Shown: in pieces, positions 17,584 through 26,768 of the stretch
Numbering within the stretch: the stretch's first letter is position 1
Layout of the letters: every line of letters starts with the position of its first letter
Assembly: GCA_035546135.1 (NCBI GenBank)
Contig: DASZWY010000136.1
Location: 1 to 62,017 of the forward strand
Direction of reading: 5' to 3'
Length of the DNA: 62,017 nt
Origin: Opitutales bacterium
GTDB lineage: Bacteria > Verrucomicrobiota > Verrucomicrobiia > Opitutales > JABDGR01
Made by a program: the position numbers and the translations under genes
Notes under the pieces: model-generated
The model's input: the letters and a program-made list of their open reading frames with translations, nothing else
Database searches by the model: none
Told to the model about the DNA's origin: nothing

Positions 17584-18225
17584 ATGATACGTTTGCCGGC
17601 AAACCTAGTCGTCATTGACTGCGAAACGACCGGGCTGGACGCGGCCTGGCACGGCATCGTGTCCATCGGCGCGGTGGCACTCGATGGCAGCGAATTCCAC
17701 CAGGAATGCCAGCCAGGCGGCGAAGTAACCGACGTCGATGCGGAGGCCCTGGCCGTGTGCGGCATCGCCGACTTGCAGGCGCTCTACAGCCGGGAAATGG
17801 CCGCGGGGCCGGCGGTCTTGAAACTGTGCGAATGGCTGCGCGGCCTGCCGCGCGCCGGCCTGGCGCGCAAGGACAAGTTCATCCAGGGCGGCAAAAACCC
17901 GCACTTCGACCGCGAGTTCCTCGTGCGCGAATTGTCGCGCTGGCGGCGGGGGCAGACGCCGGAGGATTTCAAAGAGGAGCAGACGCTAGCCGGCCTGCGC
18001 AAATGGGCGGAAAACTGGCTGCCGCTGTCGCGCCGCCCGTTAAACGTGCATGACTGGGCTGTCGTGTGGGCGCTCCGGCGGGGCATCGCGGTGGACGCGC
18101 CCGGCTTTTCGGTGGCGCAGGTTTACCGGCAGCTGGGCTTTGCCGAGGAAGCGAAGCCGCACCACGCGCTGACGGGCGCGAAGCTGGCCCTGGAGAAATT
18201 CAAAAAACTCGCGGAGGAACTGTGA
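17584..18225 (+). CDS. DnaQ-like 3'-5' exonuclease
   Basis: Exo I LVVIDCETTGLD, Exo II GKNPHFDREFL, and a degenerate Exo III region PHHALTGAKLA. ATG 17584 is preferred to the TTG at 17575. Confidence 0.7.
   Translation: MIRLPANLVVIDCETTGLDAAWHGIVSIGAVALDGSEFHQECQPGGEVTDVDAEALAVCGIADLQALYSREMAAGPAVLKLCEWLRGLPRAGLARKDKFIQGGKNPHFDREFLVRELSRWRRGQTPEDFKEEQTLAGLRKWAENWLPLSRRPLNVHDWAVVWALRRGIAVDAPGFSVAQVYRQLGFAEEAKPHHALTGAKLALEKFKKLAEEL
17591..17604. repeat. GTTTGCCGGCAAAC palindrome, perfect copy (codons 3-7 of the exonuclease, RLPAN)
   Basis: Read directly from the sequence. Confidence 0.95.
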
Positions 18226-18227
18226 CC

Positions 18228-18575
18228 ATGAGCAACGCCCGAAACAACCATCCACCATGTTCGAATGAAGTGCTTCAGCAGCTTTTCGAGAAGCGCGAAC
18301 TAGTCAAACGCGCGCCCGGCGCGCTGGGCTACGAAGACGAGCAGACAGGCGGCCAACTGGCTAAAGGTGCAGCGTGTTATGCCATGACCGCCGCCGTCCA
18401 AATTGCCAATGGACACGACTTCACGCCGCCCTGCTACGTGCACAAGGACTGGCCGTTTAGACGCGAAGAATTTTTCCCGAACAAACCGGCGCGGGAAAAT
18501 CTGATAAGCGCAGCCTTATTCATCATCGCCGAAATTGAGCGGCTGGACCGCGCAATTATGCGCAAGCGCAATTGA
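18228..18575 (+). CDS. hypothetical alpha-helical protein, paralog 1 of a pair (see 24912..25238)
   Basis: ATG 18228. Shares LAKGAACYA, DWPF and NLISAALFIIAEIERLDR with the 24912 protein. Confidence 0.6.
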   Translation: MSNARNNHPPCSNEVLQQLFEKRELVKRAPGALGYEDEQTGGQLAKGAACYAMTAAVQIANGHDFTPPCYVHKDWPFRREEFFPNKPARENLISAALFIIAEIERLDRAIMRKRN

Positions 18576-18578
18576 AAA

Positions 18579-20552
18579 ATGGACACTGTTGCTCAAACGC
18601 CTGTCACGCCCGCCGAAGGGCCGCCCCCGGAAGCGGCGGAAATGCTGCCGCCGTGGGTGGCGCGGCTGCAGGCGCAGTTTCCGGGGCAGCAGATTGTCAA
18701 CCCGGAGCGGCCAAACCATCCGCTGCTACCGTTTCCGGACGCGCTCGCGGCGAAGCTCATCCATGAAGGCGGCCTGGACAGGTTCAACGACTACTCGATG
18801 CGGCGCAACAGGCGGCTGCGGCTGGAGAGGGTGAATCCGCTGGAGTATGGCTTCGAGTGCGTGAGCTGGAAACTGGCGGACGTGCTGTGGGGCTGGATAA
18901 CGTGGGACCAATTCTGCGCCGACCCGGACGTGCCCGACCGGTGGAAAACGGAAGCGTGCAAACAGCTCGCGGCGGAGCGGCGCAACCTCATCCTGGTGCT
19001 GGGCGGCTGGCGCGCGAGCAAGACCGAATACATGATCAAGCGCGCGGTGCAGTGCGCGCTGAAGTATCCGGAGGCGCGAATCTGGCTGTTGCACGAGAAC
19101 CAGGCGCAATCCGTGCAATATCATCACCGCGGCGTGTACAAATATCTGCCCGCAGACCAGCGCGACCTGGGACGCGGCAAGGTGGAATACGTGGCCTTCA
19201 CCTGGAAAAATGGCTTCACGGCAAACAACCTGGTGCTCCGGAACAAATCCACCATCGAGTTCAAAACCTACGAACAGTATGCGGCGAAGGACACGGCCTT
19301 CGAGGGCGCGGAACTCGGGGACAATGAGCGGCGCCCCTGCCTGGGCGCGCTGGCGGACGAACTCATCCCGTTCAACGCCTGGGATGCGTTGCGCGCGCGC
19401 CTCACCACTCGCAGCGCAACCGGCCTCACCGGCTTCTACCCGAAGCACGGCTACAATGAAACCGTGGCGGCCTTTCTCCAGGGCGCAACGCTGTTGCTCT
19501 CAGAGCCGGTGGACGGAGTCATCGCCAAAAAAGGCGACCGCGTGGACGACGTGGTGATAAGCGAGGAGCGAGTGGTTGAGAGCGACCTGCTGCTGCGCGG
19601 AGGCGACAGCCGCCGCGCCATCGTGCATTTTTTCTCCAAGTTCAATCCTTTCGGCAATTACCCGCAGTTGCTGGTAAATTTTGCCGGCGAATCGCTGGAG
19701 GGCAAGCTGGCGACCTTGGCGGGGCGCGCGTTCAAAACCATCAAGGCGCAATTTCCGAAGTTTAAAGACAGCATCCACCTGGCGGACCCCGGCGCCATCC
19801 CGCTGCATGGCACCAACTGGCTCATCATCGACCCGGCCGGAACCAAAAACTGGTTCATGCTGTGGATCCGGGTGGACCTGTACAAACGCTTCTGGGTCTA
19901 CCGCGAATGGCCATGCAAAAAAATCCATATTCCCGGCATCGGCTATCCGGAGCCGTGGGCGATCCCCGGCGCGGAGGGCGGCATGCTCGGCGGCGGCGCG
20001 CGCAGCTTTGGCTTCACGCTCGCCAACTACAAAAATGAAATCGCACGGCTGGAAGGCTGGGGAGACTTTGTGGAAGGCAAGCTCGCTATGGATGACTGGG
20101 ACGACCTGAACGGGGCCGCCGAACGCGTGCGCGCCCGCATCCTCGACCACCGGTATTGCGAGACGACGCAACAGAACTCGAAGGGCAACACCAACCTGCT
20201 GATGGAGCTGCTGAAACTGAAAGTGCGCGCCATTCCAGGGCCGGCGATGAATATCGACCCGGGCGTGCAGCTCATCAATGACCGCCTCGGCTACACCGAC
20301 AAATGGCTGATGGCCGCGCCAAAGGACCGGCTGGTAAATGAGGGGCCGAAATTGTTCATTTCGCGCGACTGCGAAAACCTGATTTTCGCGCTGAAGACAT
20401 GGACGCGCGTGGGCGGCGCGGACGAGCCCACCAAAGACCCCATCGACGCGCTCCGCTATGCGTGCCAGCACCAAATTTTCTACGCCGAGGAGCCGGACGC
20501 GAGCACGGCGGCCCGCGCCCACGGCTACGGACTGCCAAGGAGGGCAACCTAA
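18579..20552 (+). CDS. terL: terminase large subunit
   Basis: Walker A-like GGWRASKTE, Walker B LGALADELIP, nuclease-like WLIIDPAGTKNWFMLWIRVD. 657 aa, just upstream of the portal-size gene. Confidence 0.75.
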   Translation: MDTVAQTPVTPAEGPPPEAAEMLPPWVARLQAQFPGQQIVNPERPNHPLLPFPDALAAKLIHEGGLDRFNDYSMRRNRRLRLERVNPLEYGFECVSWKLADVLWGWITWDQFCADPDVPDRWKTEACKQLAAERRNLILVLGGWRASKTEYMIKRAVQCALKYPEARIWLLHENQAQSVQYHHRGVYKYLPADQRDLGRGKVEYVAFTWKNGFTANNLVLRNKSTIEFKTYEQYAAKDTAFEGAELGDNERRPCLGALADELIPFNAWDALRARLTTRSATGLTGFYPKHGYNETVAAFLQGATLLLSEPVDGVIAKKGDRVDDVVISEERVVESDLLLRGGDSRRAIVHFFSKFNPFGNYPQLLVNFAGESLEGKLATLAGRAFKTIKAQFPKFKDSIHLADPGAIPLHGTNWLIIDPAGTKNWFMLWIRVDLYKRFWVYREWPCKKIHIPGIGYPEPWAIPGAEGGMLGGGARSFGFTLANYKNEIARLEGWGDFVEGKLAMDDWDDLNGAAERVRARILDHRYCETTQQNSKGNTNLLMELLKLKVRAIPGPAMNIDPGVQLINDRLGYTDKWLMAAPKDRLVNEGPKLFISRDCENLIFALKTWTRVGGADEPTKDPIDALRYACQHQIFYAEEPDASTAARAHGYGLPRRAT

Positions 20553-20767
20553 TGCCGGGGAAGCCCAATACGACATTTGCGGCGCGCGGCACTATCATCG
20601 AGTGGGTGACCAGCGAAGGCGTGAGCGAGTTCGTGGCGAATAAAGCGCTGTCGAACAACAAAATCCCCTACGAAACTTTTGGCGCCAAAAAAAAATTTTT
20701 CTACGTCGACGCCGCCGAGCAATTCTTTTTCCCCGCCGCCGCCAAATCCACCACCAAACAAACATGA
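20552..20767 (+). CDS. hypothetical small protein
   Basis: Its ATG overlaps the terL stop (TAATG), and its stop overlaps the portal ATG (ATGA). 71 aa. Confidence 0.5.
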   Translation: MPGKPNTTFAARGTIIEWVTSEGVSEFVANKALSNNKIPYETFGAKKKFFYVDAAEQFFFPAAAKSTTKQT

Positions 20768-23076
20768 GCGACCTCAATCTAGCCATCAACACCGGCGAGG
20801 ATGCCGGCAACACCGCGCCGGAAATTCGCGCGGAAAACAATCCGTCCGCGCCCACGGCCACAGCTGACGGGATGCCCACGGTCAAAATGGTGCAGCGGCT
20901 CGCACGCGAGCTGCAAGACGCCATCGGCCAGGCCGGGGAATGGTACCGCGACATGAAATTGTCCGACGACCGGCGCTGGTGCATTTGGTTCGGGCAAACG
21001 GATTCCGGCGTGAAGGAAATGGTGGAGGGCGTGACGGAGCCCGAGCCGTGGGAGGGCGCGAGTGACACCCGCATCCGCCTGGTGGACGAAAAGGTCCGCG
21101 AGGCCGACCGGAAATGCGCCGCGGCTTTTGACCGGGGCCGGTGGAAGCTCGGCGGATTTCGCGACCAATCGGCGCGGCTCGCGGGCAAAACAACCCAGTT
21201 GTTGAAATGGATGTGGTACAGCCAAATGGAAGAGGAGGCGGACCGTGAAGCGAAACTCGCGCGGGACTGGCGCAACTCCTATGGGCTGGCCTTTACCTTT
21301 GTGGAATGGCACCGGCAGGAAGCATTGGAAGCCGTCCAGCTCGACGCCCACAAACTCGCGGAAATGATTGGCTTGAGCCACGTCACCGCCGCCGCCCAGG
21401 GTGACGTGCCCGGCTGGATTCAGAAGACGGAAATGGCGGCGAGCGCGCCGCAGCCCGCCGCGCAAACCCCGACACAGCTACAGCAGCAGCAACAAACGGT
21501 CGCGTTGCTTCGCCAGGTGAAGGATGCGTGGGACCTGCTGAACAACCCGGCGCGCGAGGACGAATTTGTCGAGCAGCTGCAAAAAGCCTTTCCGGAGGCA
21601 ACGCCCAAACGGCTGAAGCAGGCCGCGCGCGACCTGCGGAAAGACGGCAAAGCCACCCTGCCGCAGCCCATCACGCTTGAAAACCGCCCCCGCATCCGCG
21701 CGCTCAAACCATTCATTCACGCATTTTTCCCGACCGCGACCACCAACGTCATGAACGCGGAATGGTTCGCCGTCCGCGAATGGCTGACGGAAACGCAACT
21801 GGAGGAAAAGGCGAACCAGGGCTGGGACCCGAAATTCATCGAGGCGGCAAAAGGCACCAAGGGCAAGCCGACATCCACGCCCGCCATCGAGGAGAAGGGC
21901 CTGACCACGCTGGACACCAAGGACATGATCGAGGTGTTCCATTTCTTTCACCGCGAATGCGACGAAGACGGCGTTCCGGGCCTCTATCGCACCACCATTT
22001 CGCTGCATTTGCAGGGCAGCAACCAGCCGGAGGAAGCGGCGTTGTTTGCGCAGCACGAACTCTATGGCGCGGCGCGGATGAAAATGCCCTTTGTGGCGCA
22101 CGAATTTTTCACCGAGAGCGAGCGGCTGATTGACCAGCGCGGCATTCCCTACCTCATCCACACCTACCAGAACGAGAAGAAAAACGCGCGGGACATGCGC
22201 ATCGACCTGTCCACCATTTCCATTCTGCCGCAAGCCATCCGGCATGTTTCCGACCTGGACCGGGGCGCCAAAGTAAAGCCAAACACGCCGATTTACGAAA
22301 GCGTGGTCGGCTCCTTCCGCTGGGCCGAGCCACCGCACGGCCGCGCCGACCTCGGCATGGAAACCGAGGCGGCGGTGGACCGCGACGTGAACCGCCTACT
22401 GGGCTCGCCCGATGCGAACATCCCGGCGCCGCTCATCCAGTTGCACGACGACGTCCTGACCGGCGACTACACGAAGGAAATGGCGCGGGTGCTCTCGCGG
22501 ATGCTGGAGCTGATGCAGCAATACCTGGAGCCGGTGACGGTGACGCGCGTGACGGGCGAATTTCCCCAGGCGTTCCCGATGTCGGCGGACGAAATCCGCG
22601 GCGACTTCGACCTGCGCCTGATTTTCGACGCGCGCGAACTCGACTCGGACTTCGTCATGAAGAAGTTCGACATGCTCGGCAAAATCGCGGCCTACGACAA
22701 GACCGGCATCCTCGACTACAACCAAATCATCACGGCGATGCTGAACAATCTGGACCCCAGCTGGGCCGACGAGTTCATCCGCAGCAGCGACACGGCAACC
22801 AAGCAGGAAATCAAGGCGGCGATGGACGCCATCGGCTACGTGATGACCGGCCAGCAGCCGGAACTGCTCGACTCGCGCACGCCGGGCGTGAACTGGCAAC
22901 TGCGGCTTAACACGCTGCTGGGCGCAATCCAGAAAAGCCCGGTCATCCAGCAGGCCATCCGCGAAAATCCGGTCATCGCCAAACTGTTCCAGACGCTCCA
23001 GCAAAACTACGAGCAGGGCGTGGCCCAGGCGAACAACGCGCAAATCGGCCGGACGGGCGCGGCCCCGGCACTGTAA
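20764..23076 (+). CDS. portal protein (by size and position)
   Basis: 770-aa gene translationally coupled downstream of the terminase. No motif recognised by eye. Confidence 0.6.
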   Translation: MSDLNLAINTGEDAGNTAPEIRAENNPSAPTATADGMPTVKMVQRLARELQDAIGQAGEWYRDMKLSDDRRWCIWFGQTDSGVKEMVEGVTEPEPWEGASDTRIRLVDEKVREADRKCAAAFDRGRWKLGGFRDQSARLAGKTTQLLKWMWYSQMEEEADREAKLARDWRNSYGLAFTFVEWHRQEALEAVQLDAHKLAEMIGLSHVTAAAQGDVPGWIQKTEMAASAPQPAAQTPTQLQQQQQTVALLRQVKDAWDLLNNPAREDEFVEQLQKAFPEATPKRLKQAARDLRKDGKATLPQPITLENRPRIRALKPFIHAFFPTATTNVMNAEWFAVREWLTETQLEEKANQGWDPKFIEAAKGTKGKPTSTPAIEEKGLTTLDTKDMIEVFHFFHRECDEDGVPGLYRTTISLHLQGSNQPEEAALFAQHELYGAARMKMPFVAHEFFTESERLIDQRGIPYLIHTYQNEKKNARDMRIDLSTISILPQAIRHVSDLDRGAKVKPNTPIYESVVGSFRWAEPPHGRADLGMETEAAVDRDVNRLLGSPDANIPAPLIQLHDDVLTGDYTKEMARVLSRMLELMQQYLEPVTVTRVTGEFPQAFPMSADEIRGDFDLRLIFDARELDSDFVMKKFDMLGKIAAYDKTGILDYNQIITAMLNNLDPSWADEFIRSSDTATKQEIKAAMDAIGYVMTGQQPELLDSRTPGVNWQLRLNTLLGAIQKSPVIQQAIRENPVIAKLFQTLQQNYEQGVAQANNAQIGRTGAAPAL

Positions 23077-23119
23077 TTTTCCCCGCCGCAAGGCGGCCAA
23101 CCCAAAACCCGACGCTACC

Positions 23120-23317
23120 ATGAACAAGAAACGCAAAGTCCGCGCGCGTGCCCCCGGCATGACGCAAATCTCCATCAGCCTGCCCGAAGGGCTCGTCGGC
23201 AAAATCGACGAAATGGCCGATGCCGAAAACCGCAACCGCAGCAATTTCATTGCGACGGTGCTCGAAAGCCTCGCCGGCGAGCGCGGCGTGAAAGGCGGCA
23301 GGGAGGCCGGTGAATGA
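23120..23317 (+). CDS. ribbon-helix-helix (CopG/Arc-like) DNA-binding protein
   Basis: MTQISISLPEGLVGKIDEMADAENRNRSNFIATVLESL matches the beta-strand/helix/helix pattern of RHH proteins. Confidence 0.7.
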   Translation: MNKKRKVRARAPGMTQISISLPEGLVGKIDEMADAENRNRSNFIATVLESLAGERGVKGGREAGE

Positions 23318-23550
23318 CGGGCGCGATGCTCCGAGCCGAGGCATCCACGCTTTCTCTCATCTGCCAAATCCAGCGCCTTAACGGCGACAATTACCTCAAC
23401 CTGCTGGCGCGCGAAAAATTCAATTCCGGCAACTGGCGAAACCTGCCCGCGGCCGAACTTGAGCAAATCCGGGCCATTCTCCTTTCCCGGCGAGCCGCCA
23501 AAGAACGGGCGGCCCGCGAGGAAAAACAGCAATTAAAATTACCGTTCTGA
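23314..23550 (+). CDS. hypothetical protein
   Basis: ATGA-coupled to the RHH gene. 78 aa. No motif recognised. Confidence 0.5.
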   Translation: MTGAMLRAEASTLSLICQIQRLNGDNYLNLLAREKFNSGNWRNLPAAELEQIRAILLSRRAAKERAAREEKQQLKLPF

Positions 23551-23569
23551 AATCAAAAATAATACAACC

Positions 23570-23857
23570 ATGAAAAGCAAACACGTTATCATCCGCACCC
23601 GCTCCGCCGGCGTTTTCGCTGGCGAGCTCGACAACCTGAAGGACAACACCGCCGAACTCAAAAACGCCCGCCGCCTGTGGTATTGGGATGGCGCGGCGAC
23701 GCTGAGCCAGCTCTCGGTCGAGGGCACGAAGAAGCCGGGCAACTGCAAGTTTCCGTGCAAGGTGCCCAGCGTCATTCTGCCGGAGGTGATTGAGGTGCTC
23801 CCGCTCAGTGACGCGGCACGCGCCTCGATCGACGGCGTGCCGGTGTGGTCGGCGTAA
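23570..23857 (+). CDS. hypothetical protein
   Basis: 95 aa. RSAGVFAGEL and ARRLWYWDGAATLSQLS look like a recurrent phage family of unknown function. Confidence 0.55.
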   Translation: MKSKHVIIRTRSAGVFAGELDNLKDNTAELKNARRLWYWDGAATLSQLSVEGTKKPGNCKFPCKVPSVILPEVIEVLPLSDAARASIDGVPVWSA

Positions 23858-23909
23858 ATGCCGCCGCCGGCAAAAACTGAACAAAACAACCCTCAGCGGA
23901 CATCATAAT

Positions 23910-24116
23910 ATGAGCAAGCAAAACAACTCTGGCTATGGCTATGGCGATGGCTCTGGCTATGGCGATGGCTATGGCTATGGCTATGGCGATGGCTCTGGCG
24001 ATGGCTCTGGCTATGGCGATGGCTCTGGCGATGGCTCTGGCTATGGCGATGGCTCTGGCGATGGCTCTGGCTATGGCGATGGCTCTGGCGATGGCTCTGG
24101 CTATGGCTATGGCTAA
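23910..24116 (+). CDS. Gly/Tyr/Asp/Ser repeat micro-protein (GYGDGSGDGS)n
   Basis: ATG 23910 (MSKQNNSGYGYGDGSGYG...). 68 aa, almost entirely G/Y/D/S. Coding status is uncertain because all frames stay open across the tandem repeat. Confidence 0.45.
   Translation: MSKQNNSGYGYGDGSGYGDGYGYGYGDGSGDGSGYGDGSGDGSGYGDGSGDGSGYGDGSGDGSGYGYG
23979..24098. repeat. four perfect 30-bp tandem repeats
   Basis: The unit GGCTATGGCGATGGCTCTGGCGATGGCTCT starts at 23979, 24009, 24039 and 24069. Degenerate GGCTATGGC/GATGGCTCT units flank it from ~23931 to 24113. Confidence 0.95.
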
Positions 24117-24215
24117 AAAACCGGACGCGGGGGGGAGGGGCCGGGCGATAACGCGCCGACCCACTCCGCCGCGCAAGACCGGTACAATCCTCACTTCATC
24201 TAAACTCTTAATACT

Positions 24216-24770
24216 ATGGAAATTCCACTCTATTTCTGCCGGATTGTCTTCGGTGACACCAAGCGCGAAATCGCGCAGCACGAGGACAAAAAACGGCTGC
24301 TGGACACCGCCGAGCGCTGGCAAAAGCGCGCCGAGGACGCCAGCGCGGCCTTAAGCCGCTGCGAGGGAAATTTGCAGCAGGCCCAGCTCGAATACCAAAA
24401 ACTTGAGGCGCGGCGCGACGCGGACAGCCTCTACCGCGCCAGCCTGGACCGCCCCTACGCCGAGCAGCGCACCTGGCGGCAAATCCGCCTGGTGTTCAGC
24501 GGCCTGCGGCCGGACAACGCCATCCTGGGCGCCTGCGTCGCCATCGTGGACGACCGGCTGAAGGAGGCGCGCGCGATTGCCGAGCGGCCCGGTTTGCCTG
24601 CAAACGACCGCGAGCATGCGGCCGGGGGCGCGAGCTGGCTGGCCAACCTGCGCAAGGTGCTGCTGGACGCCCTGGCCGAGGCGCGCGGCGACGAGACCAC
24701 CAACCCGCAGGGGTTCGCCGGCAGCGCCACCAACGCCCAGGGCAGCCTGGGCACGCCCACCCAACCCTAA
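24216..24770 (+). CDS. hypothetical protein (coiled-coil-like centre)
   Basis: 184-aa ORF. It contains the variant palindrome at 24592. No motif recognised. Confidence 0.5.
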   Translation: MEIPLYFCRIVFGDTKREIAQHEDKKRLLDTAERWQKRAEDASAALSRCEGNLQQAQLEYQKLEARRDADSLYRASLDRPYAEQRTWRQIRLVFSGLRPDNAILGACVAIVDDRLKEARAIAERPGLPANDREHAAGGASWLANLRKVLLDALAEARGDETTNPQGFAGSATNAQGSLGTPTQP

Positions 24771-24911
24771 CCCTTTCGCCGGCGACGCGGTACAGCCCAT
24801 CGGTCCATTCAGTCAAAAAAGGCCATGAGCGGCCCGGGGTAACAACCAAGCAGCGCAATGGACACAGGCCCAGGCCGCCGAGCCGGCGATTCAAAATCAA
24901 AATTATCATCC

Positions 24912-25238
24912 ATGAAAACGGGAGCTGAAATCATCGCAGAAGAACGCCAGCGGCAGATTGCTGTCGAGGGCTGGACGGCGGAACATGACGACACGCATGA
25001 GGGTGGCGAACTGGCATTGGCCGCCCTGGGCTATTGTTTCCACGCGGCCATGCAGACAACGGCGGAAGATGAAGGCATGGGCGTTGAAACGGATTATCGC
25101 CCGGATTGGTGGCCGTTTGAGCGCCGCCTTTGGAAGCCCTCCGCCAGCCGCGTCCGCAATCTTGCCATCGCCGGCGCGCTTATCGCCGCCGAGATTGACC
25201 GCCTTCAGCGCGCCGAAAAAAGCGAGGTGGCCCCATGA
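24912..25238 (+). CDS. hypothetical alpha-helical protein, paralog 2 of the pair (see 18228..18575)
   Basis: EGWTAEHDDTHEGGELALAALGYCF, DWWPFERRLWKP and NLAIAGALIAAEIDRLQR align with the 18228 protein. Confidence 0.6.
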   Translation: MKTGAEIIAEERQRQIAVEGWTAEHDDTHEGGELALAALGYCFHAAMQTTAEDEGMGVETDYRPDWWPFERRLWKPSASRVRNLAIAGALIAAEIDRLQRAEKSEVAP

Positions 25239-25519
25239 GCGCTCCTTCCGGAAAACGATTCTCCCCCGACGAGATGAAGGCGCTGGAGACCGCCATGGAT
25301 ATCCTGATGAGCCGGTTCGACCTGGCGATCATCCATATCCTCTCACCCGGTGGCGCGGCGGCGAGCTTCATGCCGATCAAGCGGGAACTGCCGCTCGAGG
25401 TCATCCGCGACCTCAACGACAAGGGCCGCAATTGCATCCAGCAGACGTTGAACTTGCCCCGGGGCGCCATATCCACCGGCACCGCCACGGCTGCCGCCGA
25501 GGAATCAACCAAGCACTAA
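25235..25519 (+). CDS. hypothetical protein
   Basis: ATGA-coupled. 94 aa. Confidence 0.5.
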   Translation: MSAPSGKRFSPDEMKALETAMDILMSRFDLAIIHILSPGGAAASFMPIKRELPLEVIRDLNDKGRNCIQQTLNLPRGAISTGTATAAAEESTKH

Positions 25520-25545
25520 ACACCAAGCACCAAGGCAACCTTCCC

Positions 25546-26016
25546 ATGACCTTCACCGACGAACACCTCGACAGCCAGGATTGCTACCTGCGGATGCGGC
25601 GCGCGCTCAAGCGCATGGTGGGCAACCCCAGGCCGATTCTCTCGCGCATTTGCGAGACCAACGACATCGACCTGCCGGAATTGCTGGCCTTCATGAAGCG
25701 GCGCCTCGGCCGCACGGACGGCTGCAACGCCGAGCAGCTCGACGCGGTGGACGCTTATTTCACCGGCGGCCAGGAGGTATCGGCGGCCGCCGCTGCGGGC
25801 GAGAAGAAGCGCCCGCGGCGCGGGCTGGCGGAGCGCACGTCCATTATCGTCGCCGAGGCGCTGGCGCGCAAGACGGGTAAGCCCAAACCCGAGCCCCCGC
25901 CAGCCAAGAAAGGCCGGCCCAACTTTGGCCGCGGCCCGCGGTCGCTGGCTGGTACATCGGCCGCTTTGGCGAACAACGCGGCCGGGAATTGTTTGCCGCC
26001 AAACAGGGCGGGATGA
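25546..26016 (+). CDS. hypothetical protein with basic, AT-hook-like tail
   Basis: ATG 25546 (MTFTDEHLDSQDCYL) within track ORF 24958..26016. The C-terminus KKGRPNFGRGPR is AT-hook-like. Confidence 0.45.
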   Translation: MTFTDEHLDSQDCYLRMRRALKRMVGNPRPILSRICETNDIDLPELLAFMKRRLGRTDGCNAEQLDAVDAYFTGGQEVSAAAAAGEKKRPRRGLAERTSIIVAEALARKTGKPKPEPPPAKKGRPNFGRGPRSLAGTSAALANNAAGNCLPPNRAG

Positions 26017-26193
26017 ACGATAACCCGGATCCAGTCCAACCCGCGCGCCGGCAGATTCAGACGCCCGCGCCAGCCGTCGGCCAAATTCACTTTAGCACGC
26101 CGGCGCCGATGACGGTGCCGGTCAACTTGCTCATCACGGTGACCGTGCGCATCGCGAGCTAGCGATTTAAAAATCTTAAACCCATTACTTAGA

Positions 26194-26529
26194 ATGAAAA
26201 CGTACAAGTATAATGATGCCGTTCTGACGCATGGAACGTGGAAGTGGCACGACTACGGAACGGCTTATCACGTCAACATAGACAACGAATACGCACAGCC
26301 AATCGGAAAATTGATTATGAGTCGCGACGCGCGCGCCCTATGCCAATTGAAGCCTGCGCTGCGGGCATTGTGGGCTTACGTCTTAGAGATAGCTCGCGGG
26401 GAATTCTTTGTTGAGGAATCCTCGGGCGAGGATTCGTTTTCGATAGATCAGGGCAAATCATTGTCATCAATGATTCCCGAGCTTCAAATTTTGCTCGATT
26501 CAGGCGTGGTTACGGAGGTGGAGTCGTGA
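26194..26529 (+). CDS. hypothetical protein (AT-richer island)
   Basis: 111-aa ORF in a visibly lower-GC segment. Confidence 0.5.
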   Translation: MKTYKYNDAVLTHGTWKWHDYGTAYHVNIDNEYAQPIGKLIMSRDARALCQLKPALRALWAYVLEIARGEFFVEESSGEDSFSIDQGKSLSSMIPELQILLDSGVVTEVES

Positions 26530-26768
26530 GCGCCTCCTTACAATGGATTCCCGCCAGCGTTAAGCCCAATTGCTGCGAAGTCTTTGTAATTGGGGGCAAG
26601 TATGCCGCCTGTCGTGCGTTATATATTCGCCATTACTCGAATTTAGAAAAAAACATTAAGGAGGGATTCTATCTTCCCCTTGGCGGCGGATTACTCGATA
26701 GACTTGATTGGGTTGAATGGTGGTCGCCGTATCCTGAAATGCCCAAAAAAGGCGAGGTGCAGTCGTGA
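26526..26768 (+). CDS. hypothetical protein (AT-richer island)
   Basis: GTG start in the GTCGTGAGCG junction, overlapping the upstream stop. 80 aa. Confidence 0.5.
   Translation: MSASLQWIPASVKPNCCEVFVIGGKYAACRALYIRHYSNLEKNIKEGFYLPLGGGLLDRLDWVEWWSPYPEMPKKGEVQS

Noticed and set aside
23120-23550. RHH antitoxin plus toxin (type II TA) reading of the coupled pair.
   Set aside because: The 78-aa partner shows no toxin motif I recognise (RelE/ParE, PIN, MazF, HicA and so on). It is kept only as a possibility within the accessory-block finding.
23931-24113. Possible CRISPR array, because of the regular short repeats.
   Set aside because: The repeats are contiguous 30-bp tandem units with no unique spacers, and no cas genes are present.
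23805-24354. ORFs reading the tandem repeat as AIARAI... (minus strand, 23805-24323) or MAMAMALAM... (plus strand, 23935-24354).
   Set aside because: They are alternative frames of the same 30-bp repeat. The GYGDGS frame was kept only because it has an ATG just upstream and matches the operon direction. This remains uncertain.
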